DNA of 64,000 nucleotides from Eledone cirrhosa. Taxonomy: Eukaryota. The position numbers and the translations under genes are program-made. The number at the start of each line of letters is the position of its first letter. Within the stretch, counting starts at the first letter, position 1. This document shows, piece after piece, positions 52,091-64,000 of the stretch. The notes under the pieces were generated by a model, which was not told the origin of the DNA, ran no database searches, and saw only the letters and a list, made by a program, of their open reading frames with translations. The stretch covers positions 251,286,001-251,350,000 of the forward strand of contig OZ024743.1 in the NCBI GenBank assembly GCA_964016885.1, in the 5' to 3' direction.

Positions 52091-52989
52091 TATATATACA
52101 TATGTATATACACACATATATATCCACACACACATATGCACATATATACAGACATATACATATGCACAGACACGCAGAAATATATATATTTCATTTCATA
52201 TAATTCCTGTAGCAATCCCATCTTGTAAGAATCATAGTTTAAAGAAAGATGCCTAGCTAGCTCTCTAGTTTTTAGAAACAATATCTAGTCATGCGTACAG
52301 TGATATCTCTTCTAATATAGTGGAGAATTATTTTAAAAACACTCTCTGTTCTTTATTTCCAAATTCATTTTATTTATCTATTTATTATTATTGTTGTTTT
52401 ATTTCCATCATTATTATCACTGTTATCATTTCGTTCACTATTATTACTGTTGTTGTTGTTACTGATATCATATACCTATTTTTACTATTTTTATTGTTAT
52501 TGTTTGCTATTTTTATTGTTATTATTCAAATCCTGCCAAGATTTGCTCTTTCTTCATCCTCACAAGGTCGATAAAATAAAGTACCAGCAACGTTCTGGGG
52601 TCGATTTAATCGACTTTTCCCTCCCCCAGAATTGTTGGCCTTGTGCCTATCATCATCATCATCATTTTACATCCGCTTTTCCCTGCTTGCAAGGGTGGGA
52701 CGGGAACTGATTCTGGCTTGATTTCTACAGCTGGATGCCCTTCCTAACACCAACCTCATTTACAGTGAGTGCTGGGTGCTTTTTTTTCCGTGGCACCTCC
52801 ACGACCACTTTGCAGTGGAATGATAAGGACCCCAGTCCTATCATCTCATTTCTACAACTGAGTAAACTGGAGCAATGTGAAATAAAGTGTCTTGCTCAAG
52901 GAAACAACACATCATCCGAATTGAACTCATAACCTTTCGATTGCAAGCCCAATGCTCTAACCACTAAGCCATGCACCTATATCAGAAAC

Positions 52990-54390
52990 CGTCAGTATCG
53001 GTAGAGGGTCGGACGCCATGCTTTCTAGCATAGTTACATCCCTTTACGTTCTGAGTTCAAATCCCGCCGAGGTTAACTTTGCCTTTCATCCTACGGGGGT
53101 CGATAAAATAAAGTACCAGTAATATACTGGGTAATTGCTGGCTTTGTGCCAAATGTAGAAACCATTATTAAGGGCAGTGTATTGGTAGAATCGTTGTTGT
53201 TTAAAATATTTTATGGCATTTGTTCCTGCTCTTTACGTTCTGAGTTCAAGTCCTTCCAAGAATAGCTTTGCTCTTCATCCTTACGGAGTCATAAAATAAA
53301 GTACCAGTAATGTACTTGGCTTGATTTAATTGTCATTCTCCTTTCTAAGTAGCTCGCCTTGTGCCAATTGCTAGAAATATTATTATTAGGGTGGTAGATT
53401 GGCAGTATCAGTAAAGTTTCAGACAACATGCTTTGCAGCATATAGCTACAGCCCTTTATGTACAAAATAAAGTACCAGTGATTCACTGGGCTCGATGTAA
53501 TCGACTTTCCCCTCCCCCAAAATGTTTGGCCTTCTGCCTAAATCAGAAACTATTATTGTTGTTGCTGTTATCTGTCATCTATCTCATTTTCTATTTCTGA
53601 TGTCTTTTGTCCAGAATAGATAGAATCATGTTGTAGATTGGCTTTTTATAACTTTCCTGTATTTTATAAAGTCTAGAATAGAAACCGAAAAAAAAAAAAT
53701 ACTAAATTTTTATTTCATTTTATCTTATTTTAATTTTGTATTGATAATAATTTTCTACTTTTTGGCACAAGGCCTGCAATTTGAAGGGAAAGTGGGTTAG
53801 TAGCATTGTATTTTACCAACTCCAAAAGAATGAAAGCCAAAGCTAACTTTAGCGGGATTTGAACTCAGAAAGTAAACGGTCAAAACTATTTGGCACAAAG
53901 TATTCTGTCGAAAGCTCCACCGATACTGTCTATCCACTTATTTTAATTTTGTATTGATAATAATAATGATTATAATAATATTCATTTCTAATTTAGGCAC
54001 AAGGCTAACAAATTGTGGAAAGGAGAAAGTTGATTAGATCAACACCATTTCATGACTGGTACTTTATTTTTTCAACCTCGGAATGATGACCTCAGTGGGA
54101 CTTGATCTCATAAAGAGCTATAACTAAATGCTTCTAAACATTTTGTCTGATGCTCTAGCAATTCTGCCAAGCCATTGACCTGATGATGATGATAAATAAT
54201 GGTTTCTTATATAGGTACAAGGCCATCAATTTTGGGGAGGGGAAAGTCAATTAAATCGACTCTAGTACGTGACTGGTACTTTAGTTTATCGACTCCGTAA
54301 GGATGAAAGGCAAAGTTAACCTCGGCGGGATTTAAACTCAGACTGTAAAGTACCATAACTCTATGCTGCAAAGCATGGTGTCCGACGGTG
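52990..54390. mobile_element. Cluster of about six family A SINE copies (three on plus at 52990-53550, three on minus at 53752-54390)
   Basis: Repeated GAGTTCAAATCC, TAAAATAAAGTACCAG and GCCTTGTGCC blocks. Confidence 0.8.
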
Positions 54391-55720
54391 GTGGTGATAA
54401 TTTCATTATTTGAATTTTCTATTTTCAATTTTCTTTTTATCTCAATTTATTTTATTGGAATTTTACAACAATAATAATGATAATGGTGCCCATGTAATAA
54501 TAGTAATAATAATATAATAATTTCTTTTATTTTTACATTAATGATGATGATGATGATAATAATAATATTTCTTTTACTTTTCATGTTTAAATTTATTTTC
54601 TCATTTTCACTTTTACTTTATTTTATTTTAAACATTTCATCAACAATAATAACAATAACAGTAATAATAATCATCATAATCAAAAAATATCTCAGAAACA
54701 GAAAGAGACTGCCCTAGAAAACCCTGACAAACCCCGAAACCCATATTCCCCACCCTCCACCAAACTGTGCTATCTGATGAAAATCTTTTAGTTTTCCAAC
54801 TTAAAACAAAGTAAAGAAAGAAAGAAACTAGAAAATAAAAAAATAAATGTAGAAATATATAAAAATGAGTTTGAAGAAAACTTTGTTGTTGATTTTTTTT
54901 GTTCCAAGACTGAGGTGAGGAGGGAGAGAAGGATCTAGAAGAGGAAAGAAGGAGAAAAAAATGAAGAATAAGAACTGGAAAGAGAAAGAGAATTGGTGGT
55001 GAATGAGGAGAAAAATTCAGAAATATAGAAATAAATAAAAAATGGTTTTGAAGAAATATCTTCTGGTTTTTAGTTTCAACACTAAGACGGGGGGGGGGGG
55101 GGGTGATGATGATGATGATGATGATGGGGGGGGGGGGGGATGAAGAGGAAGAAGAACTAGAATGGAACTGGATGGAAAAGGAGAACAAGATGATGAAGGA
55201 TAAGTAGAATAATAAAAAAAAAAAAAGATTTTAGTTATCAAAAAGAGGGTAATAAAGAAAAAAAATTAATATTCTGTGTTGATAAAATGGTTCACTGTTG
55301 TTCATCCAATGGATCAATGGTTTTAAATCCTGGTACTTAACAGTTCTTGGATCTACTCCACACTCTTCTGTCTCTCTGCCTTTCTTTCTCTCTCCCCCTA
55401 TCTATCCTTCTCTCACACTATCTCTTTCTCTTTCATATGGAATTGAAGAATTCAGGAGTGATAGTGTTTATTATGTTTGTGTCTCTGTGTGTGTATTTCT
55501 GTGTGTCTGTCTGTATGTGTGTGTTTCTGTGTTTCTCTGTGTCTTTGTGTGTATGCGCATCTATTGGCATGTGTATGTGTGTGTATGTTTATCTATTGCT
55601 ATGTATATGGGTATGTGTTCATTATGCAGCATATATATGTGTGATCTTGTTTAATTAATGTGTGGCTATTTTTTGTGTGTTTATGTGTCCAATTAATTGG
55701 TATTGTGTGTAATGTGTGCA

Positions 55721-55827
55721 TAGATATGTATGTGGATAGATATGTATGTGGATAGATATGTATGTGGATAGATATGTATGTGGATAGATATGTATGTGGA
55801 TAGATATGTATGTGGATAGATATGTAT
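55721..55827. repeat. 16-bp tandem repeat TAGATATGTATGTGGA, about 6.5 copies
   Basis: Direct reading. Confidence 0.9.
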
Positions 55828-55861
55828 GTGTCTATTTAATTAGTGTTATGTATAATCACGG

Positions 55862-56045
55862 TGGTGGATTGGCAGTATCGGTGGAGGGTCGGACGCCATG
55901 CTTTCCAAGCATAGTTACGTCCCTTTACGATCTGAATTCAAATCCCGCCGAGGTTAACTTTGCCTTTCATCCTTACGGGGTCGATAAAATAAAGTACCAG
56001 TAATACACTGGGAAAATTGCTGGCCTTGTGCCGAAAGAATAAACA
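55862..56045 (+). mobile_element. Family A SINE
   Basis: Nearly identical to 38679-38862. Confidence 0.85.
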
Positions 56046-56164
56046 GTTATGTATAATGTTACATTGGCAAAGTGGCAGAGTTGTGAGAACATTGAATATC
56101 TGCCATATTAGTTCTGGCTCTCAATACCCTGAATATAACTTTGTCTTATATCTTTTAAAAATAA

Positions 56165-56677
56165 AAATAATAATGAAAATATTGTGTACAGTGCTCAGGT
56201 GCACTACAACTCATCAAAAAGTGTATGTATAGTACATAGAGTAATGTACAAACGTCAGGAAAATGAACAGTGCATGAGTCATGATATACACATGTGTGCA
56301 TGTATTGAAGGGGGACATCAGGTGTAGTTTTGGCGAATTTTGGGAAGCATGAGGGATTTAAAGGATGCAGTGTCTCGGCAGCTAACAACTGACACAGGCA
56401 GTTAGTTCCATGCTTCAGCAATTCTAAGCGTGAAAAAAAGTCATGGGAGCTGTGTTGTTTTCTGATTTTGTAGGCATGTCCACGTGTGTTAGGCACATGG
56501 AAATCAAAAAGGTGCTCAGAGTTGTTGTTGGCGAGATGGTTAATAACTTTGTGGGTGTTTACCAAGTCCATTGCCAGATGTCGGAGCTTCAATGTATCTA
56601 TGCCCAGGGAAGTAAGGCGTTCAGAGTATGGTAGGTGTCTGATGGAGAGTATGCGCTTGGTTGCACGTCTCTGAACG
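56165..56677 (-). mobile_element. CR1 LINE 3' fragment, same family as 41614-42880
   Basis: High similarity to 41625-42145. Confidence 0.9.
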
Positions 56678-57521
56678 AGGTTAATACATAAAATACTGGT
56701 CGAAAACTAGGGTCGATTCTACTGCTATATCTCTTTCTCACTTTCTTTCTTTTCTTGTCTATTTTTCTCTCCCTTTCTCTCTGTCAGACTTACATCATCA
56801 TCTTCATAAAGAAACAATTGAACCTTCCTCAGAACCATGTAGGTGACAAAGAAAAGAATCATGAGTTCTAACTATAGAGCATCTATTTGTACCAGTCATG
56901 TTTTCTATTAGCAGGAATCTCACAGATTCAGTACCCAACTGATGGAAGCACATTTTCCTTACATTTCACCTGAAATGACTGTTTATCGGTGTTCACTTCT
57001 CAGCACACCCACCTTCCTGCTTCTCAAATGAATGTTTACATAACTTTGCATGGGTGGGTGCTGGGTACTATGCCTTGCCAAAGGGCAGCCTAGGATTTAA
57101 TCCAGGACTGCTTATTCAATATACTTGCAGCTATCCTTCATATCTGATAAAACTACATTTCTGTACTTTTTATTCTCATTATTTCAATTCCTTCATTATT
57201 TTATTGGTTTCAGTCATTAGACCCTGGCCATTCTGGGGCATTGCTGTGAATGGATTTAGTTGCTCATATTGATCCCAGTATTTAAAGATTTTAACTGGTT
57301 TTGAAAGAGTTAAATAATCCCTACCTGATATGTAACATTGATAAATCAATGCAAAACAGAATTTTTACACCACAATATGGGAACAACAACAACACAAACC
57401 ACAACAACAAGGACAACACAAACCACAAAAACAACAGTAATGAAAAGAACAGCTATGACATCAACAATGATGGGAGCAACAACAAGGACAACACAAACTG
57501 CAACAGCAACAACTATAATAA

Positions 57522-58182
57522 TGGTTTCTTATATAAGCACAAGGCCATCAATTTTGGGGGAAGGGGACAGTCGATTAAATCGACCCCAATGTTTGACTGG
57601 TTCTTTATTTTATCGACCCCGTAAGGATGAAAGACAAAGTTAACCTAGGCGGGATTTGAACTCAGGTCATAAAGGGCCGTAACTCCATGCTGCAAAGCAT
57701 GGCGTCCGACTCTCTACCGATACTGCCAATCCCCTACCATGGCAACAACTATAATAATAATAACAGCAATGATGTCAACAACATTGTCAATAATTGTTTC
57801 TACTTTTGGCACAAGGCCAGCTATTATCCAGTGTATTACTGGTACTTTATTTTATCGACCCCGTAAGGATGAAAGGCAAAGTTAACCTCGGCGGGATTTG
57901 AACTCAGAATGGCAAGGGCCGTCACTATGCATCAAAGCATGGCGTCCGACCCTCCACCGATACTACCAATCCACCGCCCTATTATATAATAATTGTTTCT
58001 ACTTTTGGCACAAGGCCAGCAATTATCCCAGTGTATTACCGGTACTTTATTTTATCGACCCTGTAAGGATAAAAGGCAAAGTTAACCTCTGCGGGATTTG
58101 AACTCAGATCATAAAGGGAGGTAACTCTATGCTTCAAAGCATGGCGTCTGACCCTCTACCGATACTGCCAATCCACCGCCCT
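57522..58182 (-). mobile_element. Three head-to-tail family A SINE copies
   Basis: Copies at about 57522-57735, 57792-57980 and 57990-58182. Confidence 0.85.
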
Positions 58183-58609
58183 ATTATATAATAATAACAA
58201 CAGCAATGATGTCAACAACATGTCAATAATGACAGGAACAACGACAACAACACTGATAACAGCAACATAGTAAAAAATACTGATACTTACAACAATAATA
58301 ATGTCAACAGCAGTGACAATGACCGCCACAACAATAATGATTTCTGATGACAATAACTACAACAAACACAACAGGAAATGCAGAAAATACATCAAGTAAA
58401 AAAATATAAAATATACAGAAAAATCTATAAACAACTACAGCAACATTTACAATGGATGTCATATTTTCAGTATCTTGAGAGATAAAAGACTGTGTCTAAC
58501 TTTGTACTTCTGTATGTGGTTGTATATGAATCTATCTGTGAGTGTAAGTGTATGTGTGTGTGTTTGATTTTTAGTACATGGTTCGATATGTGTTTGTGTG
58601 TTTATATGT

Positions 58610-59200
58610 GCGTGTGTATTTGTGTTGTATATAGTTGTCTATGTATCTGTCTGTATGTGTGTGTGTGATGTATGTGTGTATTTGTGTTGTATATAGTTGT
58701 CTATGTATCTGTCTGTATGTGTGTGTGTGTGATGTATGTGTGTATTTGTGTTGTTGTATATAGTTGTCTATGTATCTGTCTGTATGTGTGTGTGTGATGT
58801 ATGTGTGTATTTGTGTTGTTGTATATAGTTGTCTATGTATCTATCTGTCTGTGTGTGTGTGATGTATGTGCGTATTTGTGTTTGTGTATATAGTTGTCTA
58901 TGTATCTATCTGTATGTGTGTGTGTGATGTATGTGTGTATTTGTGTTGTTGTATATAGTTGTCTATGTATCTATCTGTATGTGTGTGATGTATGTGTGTA
59001 TTTGTGTTGTTGTATATAGTTGTCTATGTATCTATCTGTATGTGTGTGTGTGTGATGTATGTGTGTATTTGTGTTGTTGTATATAGTTGTCTATGTATCT
59101 GTCTGTATGTGTGTGTGTGTGATGTATGTGTGTATTTGTGTTTTTGTATATAGTTGTCTATGTATCTGTGTGTATGTGTGTATCTGTATGTAGTTGTCTA
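58610..59200. repeat. ~55-60-bp TG-rich minisatellite, about 10 copies (GTATATAGTTGTCTATGTATCT...)
   Basis: Direct reading. Confidence 0.9.
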
Positions 59201-61794
59201 TGTATGTCTATATGTGTGTGTGTGTGTGTGTGTGTGTTGGATTCTCAGTTTGTGGTTGTGTATGTATGAGTCTAAGTGTGTGTGTGTGTGTTTATTTGTG
59301 TTTCGGTATGTAGTCAAATATTAATCTAGCAGACGTTTGTGCATGTGTGTGTGCAATTCTCAATATATGCTTGTGTGTGTCTGTGTATGTGGCAGTATAT
59401 ATGTGTGTATGGTAGTACCTGCATGTTTAAGGTTCTGTATGTGTCTCTATTTCTCTGAATGTGCCCGTCTTTACCTATAGTAGTATTTATGTGTATGTGT
59501 CTTTGTATATTGTATGATTGTATGATAGTATCTTTATATATGGTAGTATGCATATGTGTGTTTGTATGATTCTGTATATGGTTATATGCAAGTCTCTCTG
59601 GATGTATGTGTCTCTGTATGTGTGTGCATCTCTATATCTGTTTGTCTGTATGTGCTTATATTTTTGTATATGTTAGTATGCATGTTTGTGTGTGTGTGTT
59701 TCAGTATATGGTAGTATGTGATTCTCTTTGTATATATGTCTCTTTATGCGTGTATGTCACTTTTGTGTATGAGTTTGTGCCTTTATATATATATAGTAGC
59801 ATGCACGTGTGTCTGTCTCTCTGTATGTATCTGTATATGCAAGTATGTTTGTATGTATGTGTCTCTGTTTTTGTTTATGTCTCTATTTCTGAGTGTTTGT
59901 CTTTGTGTCTTTGTGGCGTCACCATTTTCTTTTTAATTTTTTCTATTTTCGATTTTTAAAACAACATCGAGTGTCATGGATTGCCAACGTAAAAGTCTTG
60001 GATTTTTCTTTCTTGGAAAGAAATTTACTTAATTAATGCAGACCCCTAATTTCCTCAGGAAGAACATACGCCATAATGAAGTTAGCTCTTTCTCTACTTT
60101 TTATTCTCTTAATATTTTCTTTAATTATTACTTCTTTTTTTTACTGACAGGAAATTCTTTCACGTTGATCCTCATATAATTACGTTTTGTTTCACTCTTT
60201 CAGGTAGGAAACCAACCTTTCAGTTTTCATTTAGAACATACAGAATTCAAAAGAAAAACAGACAAATTCAAATAAATTACAATGCAAAAAGAGAATATAC
60301 ATATATATCTATAAAATGGTACACAATGACTATAAAAAATCAAAAGCAAAACTAACAAAACAACAACTCTATCCTTTTTATATTTTCTTGAGAAAATATC
60401 TTTAAAACATTTTTTTAATTTTGTTTACTAATTCTTTGCGTTCACTTTCAGTTAAACTGTATTTACTGTTTATATAGCACTGGGTTATTGGTTATAATAA
60501 TAATGGCAAACATGTTTTAATAGAATCAAGTTTAAAGTTATGTGCTTTTGGGCTTGGTTGAGCATGTGGGAAGGAATATTTCTAAAAGAATAAATATATT
60601 GTTGTTGTCGAGGTTTAAACCTAAACTTTGAATGAAAACAAAAACATGAATGATGTGAAAATATTAAACAATAAAGACAAATGACAGGAAGAATAGAATT
60701 TTATTTTACAAAAAAAGAAAACACTGATCTTTTTTAAAATATCGTAAAAAATTTTCTGTTACATATTTTATTATTTTGTTTTTGTTTTTATATTTATTTG
60801 TATTTTCTGCTTCTTTACTTGTCACATGTGTTTAGTAAAATCTTTGCCAAACTACTCTCTGAATTTTTTCTTTGTGCAAGAATTGGTATTATTGTTCCAA
60901 CCATTTTATACCATGGTTTTGCAAGAAGATCTGGCAAAAATCTTAAATAAAAGAAAGAATTTCATTTTCACAATCTCTCCACCTACATATAATAGGATTT
61001 GCAAAATATAATTTGAAATTTTATTAATGAGTGTTAGTGATTTATTAGTGATTAATTAGTGTGTTAATGATTTATGAAAACAGAAACATCATCAAGGTTA
61101 TTAACGATTGTTGCATGTGTTTTCTCCTGTCATCATCATCATTCATTACTGTTACATCCATCTTTCCATGGGTTCTAATGATCCTGTGTAACACACCATT
61201 TCACCACATGTAGCATTCCTCTGTGAGGTTCAGTATCTATAATCAGTTCTCACCACATGGGCTCAGGTTTTCCTAAGTCTTCTACTACAACATCTTCCCA
61301 ACTGTACTATCTATATACATTACATGTCTGTACCAGTGCAGTATTCTCTCTTGCAAAATGTATCTAATATCTCTTATGGCCATATCTCACTACCATCCAA
61401 TATTGCACTACATATACATGTGGTCTGTGTGAATCCATGCAAGTGTTTGTGACTGTATATGTGGGTGTAAATGAGCGTGTGTAAGTATGTGTGAATATTT
61501 ATGCATGTGCATGTCTGTGTACATGTGTGTATGTGAAAGCATGTTTGTTCGAGATTGTGTGTGTTGTGATTATGTGTGGATGTGTGTGTAAGTATGTGTG
61601 AATATCTATGCATGTGCAAGTCTGCAGACATGCACACCTATGCAAGTGTGTGTGTGTGTGTGTAGGCATGTACAGGGTAGGGTAGACTGTGTGCTATACG
61701 TAAATGTAAAGTTTGTTCCAAACTCTCAAAAAGTAAAATATGATAAAAAGGTTGGATCCCACATTTAGTCTACATGGTTAGCCTTCAGATTTAT

Positions 61795-62303
61795 AAGTGG
61801 CTGAGTATTCCACAGACATGTTATAGTGTAGGAGGCTGAGTATTCCACAGATCTGTTATAGTGTAACTGGCTGAGTATTCCACATACCTGTTATAGTGTA
61901 GGAGGCTGAGTATTCCACAGACTTGTTATAGTGTAACTGGCTGAGTATTCCACAGACATGATATAGTGTAACTGGCTGAGTATTCCACAGACATGATATA
62001 ATGTAAGTGGCTGAGTATTCCATAGACATGATATAGTGTAAGTGGCTGAGTATTCCACAGACATGATATAGTGTAACTGGCTGAGTGTTCCACAGACATG
62101 ATATAATGTAAGTGGCTGAGTATTCCACAGACGTGATATAGCGTAGGTGGTTGAGTATTCCACAGACATGATATAGTGTAACTGGCTGAGTATTCCACAG
62201 ACATGATGTAGTGTAAGTGGCTGAGTATTCCATAGACATGATATAGTGTAAGTGGCCGAGTATTCCACAGACATGATGAGGTGTAAGTTGTTGAGTATTC
62301 CAT
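61795..62303. repeat. 35-bp minisatellite GGCTGAGTATTCCACAGACATGATATAGTGTAA(G/C)T, about 14 copies
   Basis: Direct reading. The 35-aa periodicity in all three minus-strand frames reflects three 35-bp units. Confidence 0.95.
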
Positions 62304-62326
62304 ATAAATGTGTTCAATTAAAATAA

Positions 62327-62729
62327 CTAGCAGAAAAACCACCCTTCGGGTGGTTTTCTGCTAGTATGTGTAGTGTGTATATTGATATACGCAAGTATAT
62401 ACACATGTAGATATGATACATCAAATAAAATAGTAATTGACAATATAAACAGAAATTGAACGAAGTCGTTGTTACACTGTCTTATGTAATCAGTAACGAA
62501 ATCCATGATACATTTAAAAAAGACGATATTATATATAAACTGCATTAGGAGAAAATTAGTATGTTTATTTTTAAATTATTTATTTTTTCAAAATTATTTT
62601 TGTTTACGAAATTTAGAAGATAAATTATGTAATATTCATTCATTATTTATTCAAAGTAATCCAACTTATTTTACTAACAGGATAAAAATAAATAAACCGT
62701 ACGCAGTCCCGCATTTATTATAGTTTAGA
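62327..62729 (-). mobile_element. Non-autonomous Helitron (~403 bp)
   Basis: Minus strand starts A|TCTAAACTATAATAAATGCG and ends with hairpin CCACCCGAAGGGTGG then CTAG|T. No TSD; inserted between A and T. Confidence 0.8.
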
Positions 62730-62817
62730 TTCTCAAGCAGAATCAAATTAACACAATATGGGACAAGGCTGGACCATTGTAATTACTGGTACAATCAGTT
62801 TTGTTTGATAATTTAAG

Positions 62818-63005
62818 GATGGTGGACTGGCAGTATCAGTGGAGCATCAGACACCATGCTTTGCAGTATAGTCATGGTCCTTTATGTTCTGATTTCAAAT
62901 CTCGCCGAGGTTAGCTTTGCCTTTCATCCTTACGGGGTCAATAACATAATGCACCAGTAATGCACTGTGGTAATTGCTGGCTTTGTGCCAAAAGTAGAAA
63001 CAATT
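62818..63005 (+). mobile_element. Family A SINE
   Basis: Similar to 38679-38862. Confidence 0.8.
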
Positions 63006-63788
63006 ATAGTGTAAGTGGTGAAATTAGTGGATTGACTGAATCATTAGAGTGTTGGATAAAATGCTTTGTGGTATTTAGTTTGGCTCTTGTCGTTCTAAGT
63101 TCAAATCTCTCCTAGACCAACTTCTTCTCCTTCTAAGGGTGGTAAAATAGAGTACCAGTCAAGTACTGGATCAATATAATTGAGTTGCCATTCTCACAAG
63201 ATTGCTGGCCTTGTGCTAAAATTAGGTTTTTTTACTGACAGATGTATCCTTAACATAATTCCCAAGCTGAATTGATGCGACAGTATGTGACAAGACTGAA
63301 TCTTTGAACCACATGTAGAATCCATCATGTATTATAGAGTAAATGGTTAAGTATTCCCTAGACATGTGTATCCTTAACATATTTATTAAGCAGAATCAGT
63401 GTGACAAGGCTACACTTTTAAATAAGGGGTACATTTGATCTGACAGTCTTCTGAATATTTCCCTTTAGACAATTTAATCCACAAGGTTCATTTAATTTAT
63501 TTCATCGAGAAATAACTTTTACAGGAACAAATCTGTTTCCTTCAATGTTGAAACCATCAGAAAGCTTTATATATAAAGTTAACTGTCTCTAATACGTAAA
63601 TATCTCAATGAAAGGATAAGATCTATTAATAAATTATCGACTGAGAGAAGTATTAGAATATATTAAACTTAAGCAAAAAAAGTCAATTTTGAATTATATA
63701 ATTCCCTGACTGGTTTCTGGAACTGAAGATACAACATCAGCAATTCCAAGACATTGGAATAACCAATATATATATATATACATATATA

Positions 63789-63961
63789 TCAGAATGGATG
63801 CGGCAAAAGCATGTTAAACCATTACTCACTAGAGTGGGTAACATGAAAAATATTCAGGACCCCGATGGCTAAGCTCCAGCCGTTTCAACGGCTGCATCTG
63901 CTTGTACAGATCTAGCTGTTGAAATGGCTGGAGCTCAGCCATCGGGGTCCTGAATTTTTCA
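63789..63961 (-). mobile_element. Short fold-back element: palindrome 63844-63961 with HHR 3' half, 3' tail 63789-63843, (TA)n on both sides
   Basis: GAAATGGCTG GAGCT CAGCCATC^GGGGTCC is mirrored on both strands. Related to 8336-8445. Confidence 0.82.
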
Positions 63962-64000
63962 TATATATATATATATATAGGTACATGGCTTAGTGGTTAG

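Noticed and set aside
51585-52281. YI/CV/TH-rich ORFs here and throughout the ORF track
   Set aside because: They are translations of (TA)n, (CA)n and (TG)n microsatellites.
61795-62303. CRISPR array, or the three overlapping repeat ORFs
   Set aside because: The 35-bp units are contiguous with no unique spacers, there are no cas genes, and the context is eukaryotic. The ORFs are a by-product of a stop-free unit.

Overview
This is AT-rich, repeat-dense eukaryotic DNA with no host protein-coding gene I can support. The SINE families, the RTE/CR1/R4/Penelope mix and the dense (TA)n/(CA)n tracts suggest an octopus or other coleoid cephalopod genome (inference). The window opens with a 7.8-kb minisatellite of 46/40/37-bp units. 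It then holds two copies of an RTE LINE with a PHD finger inside the RT, fragments of RTE-X, CR1 and R4/Dong LINEs, many tRNA-derived SINEs and a small non-autonomous Helitron. The main signal is a set of at least a dozen mostly non-coding insertions at (TA)n microsatellites, belonging to several unrelated sequence families. They carry type I hammerhead ribozyme (HHR) cores or 3' half-cores: canonical CUGANGA in some families and the U3-A8 variant UUGANAA in three others. Most are fold-back palindromes built as inverted arm + sense arm + unpaired 3' tail + (TA)n, and many tails share a TAC(Y)C...GAGTRCT motif. One member encodes a Naiad-like Penelope GIY-YIG endonuclease, one is a ~468-nt tandem retrozyme-like monomer, and several short ones fold back inside ribozyme stem II. 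All ribozyme calls come from reading the sequence by eye; none has been tested for activity.
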